From contig JASCQW010000032.1 of assembly GCA_030264375.1 (NCBI GenBank), positions 61,585,942 to 61,649,941 of the forward strand: a stretch of DNA of 64,000 nt, written 5' to 3'. Below, in pieces: positions 47,588 to 61,299 of the stretch. Position 1 is the stretch's first letter; every line of letters begins with the position of its first letter. The translations under genes were made by a program, and so were the position numbers. The DNA is from Carcharhinus longimanus (Eukaryota). Below the pieces are notes generated by a model. It did not search any database and was not told the DNA's origin. It saw nothing but the letters and a program-made list of their open reading frames with translations.

Positions 47588-49709
47588 GGCCTTGTTTCCT
47601 GAAGGCACTGAGCTGAACCTTCCTCTGGGGTCAGGGAAATTCAGCCTGCACATTCTCTCAGCTTACAGTTTGCACAGCTCACCAGCAGGAATACATACAG
47701 GTCCAGAACATGTCTGGAACAATGTGGTGTGTAGAATTTGGGACAATGTCTGGGGTGGCCTTTGGAGTTCAGCATAGAGGCTGCCAGCAATGCTGGACCA
47801 TGGAATACTTTGAGTGGGGAGTATCCTTCAGGTGGTTCTTCAAGCTTCAGTATCATCAAGAAGGTAAAACCTCCAGCCTCACAGTGTTTCTGAAGATCCA
47901 TTTTCTTTTTTCAGGAGGTCCATTCTCTTTCATCAATGATGGATCAATGATGTTAGGCATCTTTTACCTATGGCACCTAAATATGATGGCAGGACATATG
48001 CCATCATGCCTGTTCTGACATAGAATATGGCACTAAGATCCCAGGTGCACAGTTAATGAAATATCCAGCTGGAAGATATGGCATGATTTCCCACAATCCT
48101 CCACAGTGGGTAACACTCCCCGTCTCCACCACAGAGCCTAGTCCCAGATGGGAGAGTTCCATCCACTAACATTAATACTAGGAAAAAATACATTCTGCCA
48201 CATGAACTTTTTGAAATTGTCATTCATTCTGATTTGAACATCAATACACTGAAACCCATTAGCACTTGAAAATCAGTCAAGCATTGATAATGGCCGCAGC
48301 TGGGAGGAAAAGAACAACAGGTGTTCATTTCAGTTTCAATTTTAATCAATTTCAAGAAGCAGATGGTTAGTTGTTTTCAAGTGTCAGAATCAAGCTTTTT
48401 TTTAAAAGAATCAGGCTAAACCATTTAAATCACAGTAGAAAATATGACAGCACAACCTGACGGACATTTTGATCTATTTTTCACTGCATTACAGTGCTTT
48501 CTCCATTGCTCCAGATTCTGCACAAGTTTTCCATTTTCTTCAGGAGCTGTCAAGCCTGGAGTGATATTAAAGGATTTCCAAATCCCTGAACCACCATATT
48601 AAGTTGGTGTGAAGGAGGAAATTCAATATTTGTCCCTCATTTAAAATGTGCAAATTTGACCTCAGCACAGGCAAGTATTTATTTTGCACACTTGGCATTC
48701 CCAGCCACATGTAGGCCTGAGGTAAAATGGCACGAGTCTGGGGATGCAGAGAGAAATCAAATTTCTTTCAAAAAAAGGAGAGTATTTGATGGAATGTGAT
48801 GGGTGGGTGACTAAATTAGACAGAAGTTGAAATTTCAATTTCTTGATAGTGGGTTGAGTTGTAGAGGTTACTTCAGGCCCTGTTTTGTCATGATGGGTCT
48901 CATGCCATTCTGTAGCAGATCCCCACTTGTAATAAACTTGCACACTAAGAATACTCATTAATGTAAAACTCTTCTTAATTAATCATACCCTCAAGTTAAA
49001 GTCAGTGGTGCATGTGAATCTCTTGGCACATGGTTCACTTTCACCTAATTTGGCACGCAATAGTTGGTTTTGTGTAGCTGTGTCTGGCGTCAGTTTTCCT
49101 TGTTGAACTCAATGGCACAAGAGAAGGGAGCAGGAGAAGAGAAGTGTGCTCGGAGGCTTAAGCATGGCAAGAGTGAATCAATGTGAAGAGAGGTTGTCAA
49201 GTGTGAATAGGGGTGCGGAGAAATGAAAGAAGGCATTCAAAGGAGGACAGAATGGGGTCAGGAGCATGCAAGAAAGGAAGAGGGAAAAGGCCTGGTATCC
49301 TGAGTATGGTGGAAAAAATCAGACAAGATCACAAAATAACAGGTCCAAAAGGCAAATTCAGGACTTCCCACAAATGTCTCCATCTCAATGTGTTTTCTGG
49401 CAGAGTCCTTACAAGATTTTGAGATCAGATGCAACATTTCAATTATCCCTACTAAGCATGATCTTGGACAATGGCATTTACAATGCATAGAAGGGAGTCC
49501 GCTAACTCTGTAAGATCAGGCATGTTGCACATGGAGTTAAATGCAACAATGGATGCCAACATGAACATTCAATAAAGACTGAATGTTAAAACACATCAGC
49601 TGGGATTTGCTGCTGCTGTTTTTCTTAGGCAGGCTTGGCGACGGGAAAATCTCATGAGAGGCCCAAATTGCCGATGCAAAAGTGTGACGGGATTGTCCCC
49701 ATCCCCACC

Positions 49710-50080
49710 CAGCCTGGACTCCAGGGGTTTAATTATGAGGAGCGATTATTTAGAAGGTTAAGGTGTGATGTGATCGAAGCCTTCAAGATATTAACAGAAA
49801 AAGACAGGGTAGATAATAAAGATAAGTTATTTCCACTGGTTGGAGATTCTAGAACTAGGGAGCATAGTCTAAAAATTAGGGCAGGCTGTTCAGAAAGCAG
49901 TTCTGCACACAAAGGGTGGTAGAGGTTTGAAACACTCCTCCTTTAAACTTTTTTCTTAAATTAAGGATTTAAGGGATATGGGCCAAAGACAGGTTCATGG
50001 AGTTAGGCGACAGATTAGCAATTATCTCTTTAAATGGCACAACAGGCTCGATAGGTTGAATGGCCTACTCCTGTTACTGC
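49710..50080 (+). mobile_element. CR1 LINE 3' fragment
   Basis: PGLQGFNYEERL.RRLRCDVIEAFKIL...LFPLVGDSRTREHSLKIR; tail gaatggcctactcctgtt. Confidence 0.85.
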
Positions 50081-51271
50081 ATTTGCCGTCAATGACATAA
50101 CAGGATTCTTGACATTTAACATCAGGAAACATCATCTCTTGACATTAATATCTCATTACCAGGCCTCTATGCCTGAATCATTCCACCGCCCCTACCCCGG
50201 AAAAGTTTATTTGCATTAGCAAGAGGACAGACCGCCATGAATCATGACTGGTCTCCAAAGTTGTGCACCTGGCAAGCAGACCTCCAAGAGGAGTTCAGTT
50301 GAGTGCATTACCCAGGCATTGCTGGGGCACTTCCTGGGCACTGCCCAGTTGCTCACCGAGCACTGCCTGAACACTATCCCTGGTGCTGCAGTGCCGGAGT
50401 GTCCAGGCAGTGCTGGGGGGAGGGAGTGCTCCTGGTTAACTGTGGTGGCCTTTAAAATGTGCACCAACCTCTGTCTCAGTATATTTAGTTGATTATGCTA
50501 GTATCAACAAATGGCAAAGATGCACACATGAAGAAAGAGTGAGAAGAATGTAATGTGAAATATTTACAAGTTAAATTTTAAAAAATCCATGCCACCTTTA
50601 TTGCTCTCAATATGGATTTCATAATTCCCTTGAATGAATACATTCTAATGAAGAGTTATAAGCTTTTTAATAAGGTGTATGTAAATACCATGCATTGTTG
50701 CAACCTGCCATTGCTGTACTAATTTGATTATTCAACAAACATTTACATTCTCAAGAACACAGAGCTTTTATTCAATATTCACCCAAAGAATATATAGCAA
50801 AGTTATATACCATGCCAAAATTTAAATTCACATACTTCTAGATCTTCTCCAGTAGTCTCCTCGTTATATTCAGATTTCTAGTTATTATATTTCAGAAGCC
50901 ACACAAGAGACAGAGGTTATAGTCACTCATTTTATCCACAGTTAGGAGCTGCAAGGATGTAACGATAAATTCTGTGTTTTTGACTGCAGTTTAGAAAAGT
51001 GATCTGCAAGTGTTTCAGTTTAACCTAACATTCTCTCTATGCTGTAAAGTAGCAATAATTTGAGTAAAGGTTTCTAAGTATTCCACGTGATTAGTCTCTT
51101 TCTTTTTGCAGCATTCCCCTCTCAGTCGTGCTGCTAGGAGACTTCAGAACAAAGCATTTTCAGATCGTCAATTGGTGTTAATGCGAGTAGAGACTACTTA
51201 ACTTCCCATCTTTTCTGCACCGCCAATTATAGACAGAATAGACATTAGACCGAACATTACAACTAAAACCT

Positions 51272-52437
51272 GGGGGAAAATTCTCCCAAAAGTGCTGAAT
51301 TGGTGAGAAAGCTGGCCTAGATCACGACTGTGTTTTCAGTGGAACTTCAGACCTGATTCTCTGTGCAATGCAGAGGTCACACTCGTGAACCTCATCAAAA
51401 ACCAGGGAGGGAGGTGGTGGGTGGGGGGGCTATTCATACTGGAACCTGGCTCTTCTGGACCTCTGTGCATGCACAGTGGCCCCGGTCTGNNNNNNNNNNN
51501 NNNNNNNNNNNNNNNNNNNNNNNNNNNNNNNNNNNNNNNNNNNNNNNNNNNNNNNNNNNNNNNNNNNNNNNNNNNNNNNNNNNNNNNNNNNNNNNNNNNN
51601 NNNNNNNNNNNNNNNNNNNNNNNNNNNNNNNNNNNNNNNNNNNNNNNNNNNNNNNNNNNNNNNNNNNNNNNNNNNNNNNNNNNNNNNNNNNNNNNNNNNN
51701 NNNNNNNNNNNNNNNNNNNNNNNNNNNNNNNNNNNNNNNNNNNNNNNNNNNNNNNNNNNNNNNNNNNNNNNNNNNNNNNNNNNNNNNNNNNNNNNNNNNN
51801 NNNNNNNNNNNNNNNNNNNNNNNNNNNNNNNNNNNNNNNNNNNNNNNTGCAGAGTGGCAGTTGACCCCCCACCCACACCGATGGCCCCCTACCCCCTGGC
51901 CCCAATAGGCCCCCCTCCCTTGGCACAACCCATGCCTGATGGGTGGTGCCAATGTGCCCCCTGGGCATAGACACTTTGCCCCCTGGGCAGTACCAAGGTT
52001 CACAAGCTATCACTGCCAGGTTGCCCATGTCCAGTGGGTACTACCCCCCCTGCTGCCTGACTCCCTGGGGAGCCTTGATTGCCCCTCCATCACTCCAATG
52101 GGGTTTCCTGCTAGTTCCCCAAACGTGGGGAGTTACTCTAAAGCCTGCCGGAGTGAAGTACTCCTGCTGGGGCGGGAGACTCTATCAGGCCTGGCAAGTT
52201 CAGTGCTGGGCCTGATAATCACGTGTAATCTACATTTAAATTACGTTAAAAACAGATTAAAATCACTTACCTATCTTTCAACCGATTTCCAGCACGATCC
52301 CAATTGCGACTGTTCTCCGACTCTGGGACACGCATGCACCGGAAACACATGCGCGAATCCCACAAAATGGTCGACACACGATTCGCCTAACCTGACCCGC
52401 CAGAAAATGTGCGGATCGCAATGGGAGAATCGCCCCC
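51272..52437. mobile_element. Harbinger-type non-autonomous element (contains gap)
   Basis: TIRs GGGGGAAAATTCTCCC / GGGAGAATCGCCCCC. CpG-rich right end suggests a younger copy. Confidence 0.6.
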
Positions 52438-52505
52438 ACCCCCTCTTATTTCTTAAAACTGTTGTCACAGAAAATTTATCCTTTTCTAAATCATTATATC
52501 TAGAA

Positions 52506-52589
52506 TATCCAAATAAACCGATTGGACTTTAACCTGGTGATGTGAGACTTTTACTGTGCTTGCCCTCGTCCAACACTGGCATCTCCACA
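52506..52589 (+). mobile_element. Mini-Penelope 3' end insertion
   Basis: ccaaataaaccgattggactttaacctggtg...gtccaacactggcatctccaca. Approximate 15-bp TSD tcattatatctagaa / tcattagatccagaa. Confidence 0.75.
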
Positions 52590-53539
52590 TCATTAGATCC
52601 AGAAGTAGTGACTGCACATCCATGGATGAAGCTAGGATTATGCCCACTGCTGCCAACTAGCATTAACCCGATTACAGCAGGTTTTGAATAAACAAGATTC
52701 AGTCATGGGGATCACTCCATGGGTGCAAAGGCAAGTATAACACCCAAGAGAGGGGTACATGGCCAGGTAATTCTCTGGCACTGCCACCTAACACTACCCC
52801 ATGGCATAGGTTGGGAGCAGGCAGTAAAGGGGAACTTGCAGCCACAGTGTTGGGCGGGGAGAATGCCCAGGTCCTGAGAGGGGGGAAGAATGTTGGTGAT
52901 ACTTTCCTCAGTGGTGGTAGAGAAGACGGAGCCCTGATAGTTGTCTGGGGAGAGTAAGAGCCCAATATATCTGTGGTAGGGATATGGGCAAGGGATGACG
53001 GTGGGGGGAGTTAAACTTCAGTTCTGATCAGTATACCCTTTAAAGATGGCACCCTGATCTCTGTGGAGCCACCCTTGCTGGAATAGTGAGTTGCATATTA
53101 AATTTAAAGATGACATACTCTAATCACGAACCTCAAAACTGAAGAAAGTCAGTTCAGAGGGATAAGGAGAGAGCTAGTTAAAATTAATTGGTTAAATGGA
53201 CTATAATGTAATTAAATAATTTGAAAACAGTTAAAGAAACAATTAAAAATGTTCAAACACAAGTAGGATCCTATGGCTTATTTAGGAGGTTCAGAATAGT
53301 ATTAGATTAAACGGAGCTTATAATGCTTCAAAGAATAATTGTAAGCCTGATGATTGAGAGTGCTTTAGAAACCAGCCAAGAGTCACAAAAAAGTTGATTA
53401 GAAGGGAAAAAATAGAATTGGAGAATAGCCCAGCCAAGAATACATAAACAGGTTGTAAGAGCTTTTACAGATATATAAAAGGAAAAGTGATGAAAAAATA
53501 CTTTGGTTCCTTAGAAGCTGAGGCCAAAGAAATGATTTA

Positions 53540-54080
53540 CTCTGTCCAGACCCCTCATGATTTTGAATACCTCTATCAAATCTTCTCTTAGACTTCTTTT
53601 CTCCATGGAGAACAGTTCCAACCATCCCAATCTCACATCTTAACTGAAGATTCTCATCCTTGTAAATCCCTTCTGCACTCTCTCAGTGCATTCACATCCT
53701 TTCTATGGAGTGGCCTACACAACTGCATGCAATATTCCAGCTGAGGTATAACTGGTATCTTGCATAAGTTTAGGATCACTTCCTTGCTCTTGTACTCTAT
53801 GCCCCTATTAACGAATCCCAGGATACTATCTGTATTGTTAATTGTTCTTTCCAACTGTGCTGATCTATGCACATGTACATCCAAGTCCCTCTATTCCTGC
53901 ATCCCTTTAAGAATTTTACATCTTACATTGTCTCTCTATATTCTTCCTACTAAAATGCATCACCTCACATTTCACTGCATTGAACTTCATCCGCCACTAT
54001 CTGCCCACCCCACCAACTTTTCTATGTCTTTTTAAAGCCCTGCACTGCCTTTTCACAATTTACAATACTTCCATAGTATT
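53540..54080 (-). mobile_element. CR1 LINE RT C-terminal fragment
   Basis: ILGFVNRGIEYKSKEVILNLCKIPVIPQLEYCMQ. Confidence 0.85.
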
Positions 54081-54109
54081 TCCAAAAAAAATTTAAATTA
54101 CGTGCCATA

Positions 54110-54350
54110 CAAAAGAGACTTGATGGAGGTAGTCAAGATCTCGAGGGGTATGGACAGGATAAATACTGAGAAACCTCCCACCCAAGAAGAGCATCAAGAA
54201 CTGGAGGGCACAGTTTCAAAAGATTTGGCAAGAGGACTAAAAGTGATTTGAGGAAAAATATTTTCATCCAGAGGGTGCTTGTAATTGGGACCATATTCCC
54301 TGAGAAGGTGGTAGAGGCAGGTTTGGTAGAGGTGTTCAAAAGGTTAATGC
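54110..54350 (+). mobile_element. CR1 LINE 3' fragment
   Basis: RTGGHSFK...LRKNIFIQRVL...PEKVVEAG. Confidence 0.7.
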
Positions 54351-54612
54351 GTTGCACAAACAAAAGAATTGTGCCAGAAATCGGCAAAGCCCAATATTGG
54401 GTGGGGAGTCGGCATGTGACCCACCAATGGAAATGGTGCCATTTTCTGCCATATCACATGCCACTTGATTTAAAAATTGAGAGGCATGAGTTTTATGTCA
54501 GATTGCTGATAAGGCAATCTTTGATTCCCCATTGTGACATCAGGTCTTCAGTAAATCGGGTGCCATATTGAAAGTCCACCCCCTTTAAGGGATAGGAAGC
54601 GACTGAGAACTG

Positions 54613-55110
54613 ATGGCTGCCAAAGGGAGGAAACAGGCTGCCCCCAAATTTAGTGGTTCCTCCCTCAAACCCCTACAGTGGAGGGCCAGCGTGATGAGCT
54701 CTACCCTTGCTCTGTGTGAAGATTTTCATCCACGGTAACAAATCTAGCATGGCATGTAGTGGCAGAGCAGTTAGTGTCAAGGGCCTCCAAGAAAGGACAG
54801 CCACCCAGTGCCAAAAGAGGATGAATGATCCCTTCCATTCTGCCAGGATAAATCACTCTTCTCATTGTTCTCCAGTCACACACGCATCACACATCCACAG
54901 GGAGCTCACTCATTGCCAGCTCAAGCATCACTGCCATTCCTTCTCTCACACATACCGTCACCTGCCCTGCAGATTGTGTCCTCATCTGGTTCATGGCACC
55001 ACTCAACATCCACGCATGTTAGGCATCCTTCTCACAAAGCCTGGCAGGCATCCTGCTCACATACTTTCCATCTGTGTTCAGGCAGAACAACCTGGCACAA
55101 AAAAAAATGC
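54613..55110 (+). pseudogene. Second decayed Harbinger Myb/SANT-like gene (exon 1, intron, start of exon 2)
   Basis: MAAKGRKQAAPKFSGSSLKPL / VEGQRDELYP...TNLAWHVVAE / VSVKGLQERTATQCQKRMNDPFHSAR. Donor mutated (agg|ataa). Pyrimidine-rich intron, then gcag|AACAACCTGGCA. Confidence 0.75.
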
Positions 55111-55119
55111 CTAGGTTGT

Positions 55120-55990
55120 AGACTGGTGGAGTTCTGTTTAACAGCCGGGAAGCAGAGAGTGGAGATAAATCGGGCATTTCCAAGTTGGCAGACAGTGAAT
55201 AGTGGAACGTAGCACAGATCAATGCTGAGCCGTCATCTATTTAGTATCTGCATTAGTGGCTTGCACAATGAAAGAAAGAGTCATTTATCTAATTGCGCTG
55301 GTTATGCAAAGCTAAGTGGAAATGTAAGCTGTGAGGAAGATACAAAGTGTCTGCAAAAAGATATAAACAGATTAAATAAATAGGCAACAAGATAGAGCAC
55401 AATGTGGTTAGCTGTGGGGTTATTCAGTTTGGCTGTAATAGAAAAGCAGAACATTTCTTAAATGGCATGTAACTTGTAAATATTGATGGTCAAAGAGGTT
55501 TGGGTATATTCAAACAAGGAATACAAAATATAAGTATGCAGGTACAGCAAGCAATTAGGAAAGCAAATGGCATTTTAGCCCTTATTGTAAGGAGATATGA
55601 GTACAAAAATAGAGAAGACTTGCTAAAGAAGTCTGTGTAGGATTTGGTGAGACTACACCAGAATACTGTGTGCAATTTTGATCTTTTTAAAGAAGAACAT
55701 ACATGCTTTGGATGCAATACCGCAAGGTTCACTAAATTGACCCTTGGGATCAAAGGTTGTGCTATGATGAGAAGCTGTTTAAAACATATCTATATGTTCT
55801 GAAGAATGGAAAGTGATCTCATTGAAATATTCAAGATCTGAAGGAGCTTGACAGTTTAGGAACTGAAATGTTGTTTTCCCTAAGGAATTTATAGGGCAAA
55901 GTTTCAAGACAAGGGGCTGATCATTAAGGTCAGAGATGATGACAGCTTTCTTCATTCAAAGAGTTTCAAATCTTTGGAATTCCCAGAGGG
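55120..55990 (+). mobile_element. Old CR1 LINE RT to 3' fragment
   Basis: KQRVEINRAFPSWQTVNSG...; caggtacagcaagcaattaggaaagcaaatgg (QVQQAIRKANG); ends aatctttggaattc (NLWNS). Confidence 0.85.
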
Positions 55991-57814
55991 TTGCAAAAAA
56001 AAAGAGGATTGTTTGTTCTTTCCTGCTGTGCATAACCTTGGTTTGAAATATCTTGGAGTGTTGCAGCCTATACTCAGCTGGCATTGCATCTGAAAGAGTC
56101 CCTTACTGCAGGCAGTTTTCCGCACTATCAGCTAGCTGTAATTGCAGCAGTTAATTTCCTGCAGACTGTTCAAATTTCTTCCATAGTTCAGGGCCATAAA
56201 CTCTCCTCAAGACTTATAATTCTTGACTTCTTTCTTACCAACATCAACAAAATCTAATTCCTTGGTTTAAAATGTTACATCTTTTTGTTTCTACCCCAGG
56301 CACCAGAGTCTTAACTTTTTTTCATTGACTTCCTTCACATCTCACAGCCCCAAGGCCCTCTCCTTTCCCTTTTCCCTGTTGACCACCTGATTTTCGCATG
56401 TTTTGACCCAACTCCGATTTCCAGACTTTTTCCACCTTGCCTGGCCCCAAACCTGTCTCCAATTGTTGGGAAAATTCTGTCCAATGACTTTTGGAGGAAA
56501 TAATTTTTCCTCTCAGACTGAATGCTAAACAAACAGCGACACTGAGAGAAAGAAAATACTGGTCAGTGAGTCAAATATGTTTTATTTAAATTATATCATA
56601 ATGTTTTAAAAATCCACATCAGCTTCAGTTTAAAACATCATCCAATCTGTTTAAATTTATTCATGCCATCTTTCAATTGCTACTCTAGTGAGAATAGAAT
56701 CTACTTAGTTCTAAAGTGCTTCATTGGAAAATAACAATTAGTCCCCCATGCATTAACACTTGGAGTTCTTTCTTGTTTGTTAATCACACATACAGGCAAG
56801 AAGACACCTTTAATCTAAAAGCTAATTCCATCTGTTCAGACCTGCTATACATTTCCATCATTTTCTGTTTTCATTGCAATATTTGGGTGATAATTTGGCA
56901 CAGTGCAGCTCCAACCATTGCAGAAGCCATCGCCCCCAATGTTGGTGAAAGTCAGACGGATTCTACAACAGGCAGTGGATCTGATCTGCCAGATTACTGC
57001 TGAGGCAGTTCAGGTAAAAATGATCCTCTAGATTATTGTAAATTTGAGACAAAAGCAGCACCATAATCTAAGTTTCTAATGGTGTTCCAAATATGATGGG
57101 GATCATTTCTCTAGTAATACCCGGGGAAATGGAAGTGTGCTCTTGCGTATTTGGAAATGCCTTTAAAATGTGAGAATGTATGCATCATTTCACATGATGT
57201 TGTTTTTGCCCCTCAGAGGAGCGAATGAGTATTCACCAGCATGTGTGTAGAAATATCAGCAGAGATAACATTTGCAGGTGACTTTGAGTCTACCCACTGA
57301 GGAAAGATTGAGTGGGCAGGCAACTAAAATGTCTCAAGTGATATGCCATCATTTTTCAGATAATTCTGGGTTCACCTTGCTATTCTGAACAGGAGGCAAA
57401 GGCAGATTTGGGCCAATGATTTACTCAGGCCGAAACTGTAAGTTTAATTTAGGCTGGAGTGGGGAAGCCTGGGTGATTTTCCAGAGCAGATGGGAAGAGG
57501 ATTGGGGAAGTGAATTGGTCCTATATCTAAAATTTTAAATTTTCATTTGTAGGACAAAAGTGTTCCTTAGGGCCTATTGTAAGGACAGTATCATTTTTCT
57601 CCAATAGCATTTCCCCTTGCCTTAACACAAGACCTTCCCTTAACTCCTTTCTCTATTCTCTAGGTAGCCATGGCCATATGGTGTCATGAGGCAGATTCCA
57701 ACCGGGAATCAATACCAAGAATTTATTATGTCAAGCTTCAGTGTTTGTTTCAATAATTTTTTGTCCTACAGCACTTCTGAAAATATTGAAACATTCATTT
57801 TTGAAGAGTTTTTT

Positions 57815-58265
57815 TTTGTTCTTTCATGGAGTCATGAGCATCACCAGTAAAGCCAGCATTTATTGCTCACCCTGAACTGCTTAAGTCCATCTGATGCAGG
57901 TACACTCACAGTGCTGTTAGGAGGGAAGTTCCAGAATTGACCCAGTTGCAATGAAGGAATGATGACATACTTCCAAGTCAAGGTGATGTGTGATTCGGAA
58001 GAGAACTTAAAGGTTTGGGTCTTCTTCCAAGAGGCATAGATCATAAGTTTGGAAAGTGCTGATGAAGAAGTCTCGATGAGTTGCTACAATGCATCCTGTA
58101 CATGGTACACACTGCTGTCACAGTATGCAGGTATGGGAGTGACTGAATGTTTAAGATCGTTAGGGTGCCAATCAAACAGACTACTTTACCCTGGATGATT
58201 TCAAACTCGTCAAATGTCGTTGGAGCTGCACTTATCCATGTGAGTGAAGAGTATTCCATCACACT
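57815..58265 (-). mobile_element. Family-B CR1-superfamily LINE 3' end
   Basis: MEYSSLTWISAAPTT...IQSLPYLHTVTAVCTMYRMHCSNSSRLLHQHFPN; terminal gccagcatttattgc. Confidence 0.85.
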
Positions 58266-58499
58266 TCACATGATATCACATTGCTGACAGAATTATATCA
58301 GATTGAGTGCATTCTATTTGACATCTTGAACAATGAAGCTGACCGGAGAGATGAGTTTGTGTCTATACCCAATGCGATATTATAGCATTAAATAACTCCA
58401 GAGGGAAACTCAAAAGTATAGATTGGAAGATCTGAGAGCATCCTGTTATCATAGCCTGGGTGGCTAGAAATTCCAACGTACACAGAGCTCTTGTTGAGA

Positions 58500-58600
58500 A
58501 GGGTAAGGGTAAGGCATGGGTTAGATACTCTGTCAGAGTGCAGACTCAATGGGTCAAATGGCCACCTTCTGCACTGTAGGGATTCTATTCTATTCTATGA
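58500..58600 (+). mobile_element. HE1/CR1 tail fragment
   Basis: gtgcagactcaatgggtcaaatggccaccttctgcactgtagggattcta. Confidence 0.75.
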
Positions 58601-59084
58601 TCAATTTTCTCATTGATAACAAGTTGCTAAGTAGATTATGTTTGTGGCATATATGACAATTATATTAATTATCCTTCATTTTCCAGAGTAGACTTGGTAC
58701 AGTAGAGTTTGTTTAACTCCCTTCTTGAGATCCAGAACCAAGCTGAGAGATAAATTTTAATGCAAAAAAATGAAACTGCTTTAACAGAGTTGGGGGCGGG
58801 GGTGTGGTGGGTGTCATGATGATGGTGGGTAAGTGGGGAGCTCTAACAAACTCTTATCTGTAACCTTGAATCCTTGGGAAGAAAGCAATCTCACCACTTT
58901 GCTTAAAGACCCTCACATGAGGATCTGGAACAAGCAGTTGGTAATTATAATGCCTGATCCATGGCCAAGGACCTTGCGATCGAGAGCCATATGTTCCCAG
59001 GTAAGGAACTCTTCCCTTACAACAGCTTTAAAAGATGGGAGGTAGTCAAAGGGGATCCACCAGGGTGCTAAGGTAGGTACAGCC

Positions 59085-59408
59085 CTGGCGGGGTGGGACA
59101 GTGGTTAGCACTGCCGTCTCACAGAGCCAGGGACCCAGACAAGCCCTGCCTCGGTCGTCTGTGTGGAGTTTGCACATTCTCTCTGTGTCAGTGTGGGTTT
59201 CCTCTGGGTGCTCCGATTTCCACCCACAGAGCAAAGATGTGCAGGTTAAGTTGATTGGCCATGCTAAATTGCCCCTTAGTATCAGCAGGATTAGCAGGGT
59301 AAATATGTGGTGTTATGGAGACAGGGTCTGGGTGGCATTGTTTTCGGTGCGGGCCCGATGGACAGAATGGCCTACTTCTGCTCTGTAGGGATTCTATGAC
59401 TCTATGAC
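59085..59408 (+). mobile_element. HE1-type V-SINE
   Basis: Full pattern ending gggattctatgactctatga. Confidence 0.9.
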
Positions 59409-59844
59409 TGCATGAAGGACATGACCAGGTAGTGCCAGGCCAGAATGGCACTGCCAGGGAGGAGTGCTGGGACAGTCTTCCGGGGACTCCCATTGGAAGG
59501 ATTCCCTTTATATGTGTGGAGCAGGGGGTGGGGGTGGAATGGTGTTGGGCTGTCCCGCTGCTTAATGGGTCCTGCCCCAGTTCTTGGCAGAGAGTGGGGT
59601 GGGGTGTAATGGGAAGATTTTCAGCGCTGATCAAGGCCTTTCACTGTTCATTGCCAGCTTCATCAGGACCCGCCCCACCAACTTGACAATGAAAAGCACA
59701 CCCCAGGTTTCCTGTGAAGACTGACAGAGAATCTGGAGAGAAAACTCGGCTGTGCAGCTGGAGAGCTACGCATTAGTTTTCTTACCCCAGATAGCAGTCT
59801 GTTCACACAATGCAAATTTCCACCCTTGATCACGAAGAACAGGT

Positions 59845-60340
59845 CACCCGATCATCATCACATTGCTGTTTTTGGGAGTTGGCTGTGTGAAAATTAGCTG
59901 CCACATTTTCTTCCTGAATGTGAGTAAATTTCTTTTTAAGTACTTGTGGTTGTTAAGTTCTTTGGGATATATTTGGTGGACATGAAAAACACTAAATAGA
60001 ATCCCTACAGTGCAGGTGGAACCTATTCAGCCCATTGAGTCAATCCCCTACTAACAATAGTCCCAAACAGGCCCTATCCCCCAACCCCAAGTATTTTACC
60101 CACTAATACCCCTGACATTAAGGGGCAATTTAACATGGTCAATCAACCTAACCCACACATCTTTTGAAGTGTGGGAGGAAACCAGAGCACCTGAAGAAAA
60201 CTCACGCAGACACGGGGAGAACGTGCAAACTCCACACGGACACTGAACCAAGCTTTGAATTGAACCCAGGTCCCTGGCACTGTGAGGCGGTAGTGCTAAC
60301 AACTGTGCCATCATGCCGCTCATAAATAAATGCAAGGTTT
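59845..60340 (+). mobile_element. DeuSINE-like 3' part, interrupted by HE1
   Basis: cacattgctgtttttgggagttggctgtgtgaaaattagctgcc...ctttggga...[HE1]...taaatgcaag. Confidence 0.55.
59997..60318 (-). mobile_element. HE1-type V-SINE
   Basis: Full pattern. Confidence 0.9.
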
Positions 60341-61034
60341 GTTTTCATTTATGAAGAGAAGCTCATACCTACTGCACTACTAGGCTCAAAACTGCAATTT
60401 CCTTCCAGACAGTGTGTAAGGGGGTGGAGTGAGCAATGAGCTTGAATTATTCAACTTCAAAGATTTCAAGTTTAGCTTCTTGGCCAAATCAGAGGCGGCG
60501 CGACCTTTCCACATCTAAAATTTAGCTACTCAACCAAGCTGAGATAATTATTATGCTTCGTGACTCCCAATACATATGCAATGTATTTGTTTGACTCTGT
60601 CATTAATTATTATCTCCTATCTGTTAATCTGTCTGTAGTTACAGTCATTGCTGGAAAACAATCAATTGAAATGGTTAATTGAATGTCAGACCTAAGAAAG
60701 GGCATATATAACACTCGATTTGTATCCTCACTTCACTGTCATGCCTTACAGTCTTGATAAATAGACTAACAAAGCTGAAGATTTCAAACTTAGAAAATAA
60801 TCATCATTTTTCACTGTATCAATCCAATTTAAGCTCCTTAGATGAAAATGACTTTGTGTGGAATATAAACGTATTTATTTTATATATATGTAAATATATT
60901 TGCAATAAACAGATCAAAATGAAAATGATGGGGCATTTTAAGAACCCCCAATGGTGCCACAGTGTGGAAGGGCCAAACATCTGCAAAAATACTGTTTTTT
61001 TGTTGTTGTTGAATTATTAAGCAAGTTTCAGTTA

Positions 61035-61215
61035 AAATATTATAGGCTGAGAAAATTTAAGTTAGATAAGACACCAGGCCTAAATGGAATTTGTATAAGG
61101 ATTCTTGAAGTGGCTAGACAAATTGATTATATCCTTTCCACCATTTATCTTTACTGAATTGCTAGAAATGGGCACAGTACCCAACGATTGGAAAGTAACC
61201 AACACAGGACCAACT
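61035..61215 (+). mobile_element. Old CR1 ORF2 fragment
   Basis: KLDKTPGLNGICIRIL...GTVPNDWKVTN. Confidence 0.65.
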
Positions 61216-61299
61216 TCCAGAGGGATCACTATGCTTAACATCTGCTATCGATATGAAAAACCATCCTGAAAGAAGGGGTGATGATATGGGAAAGATTAT

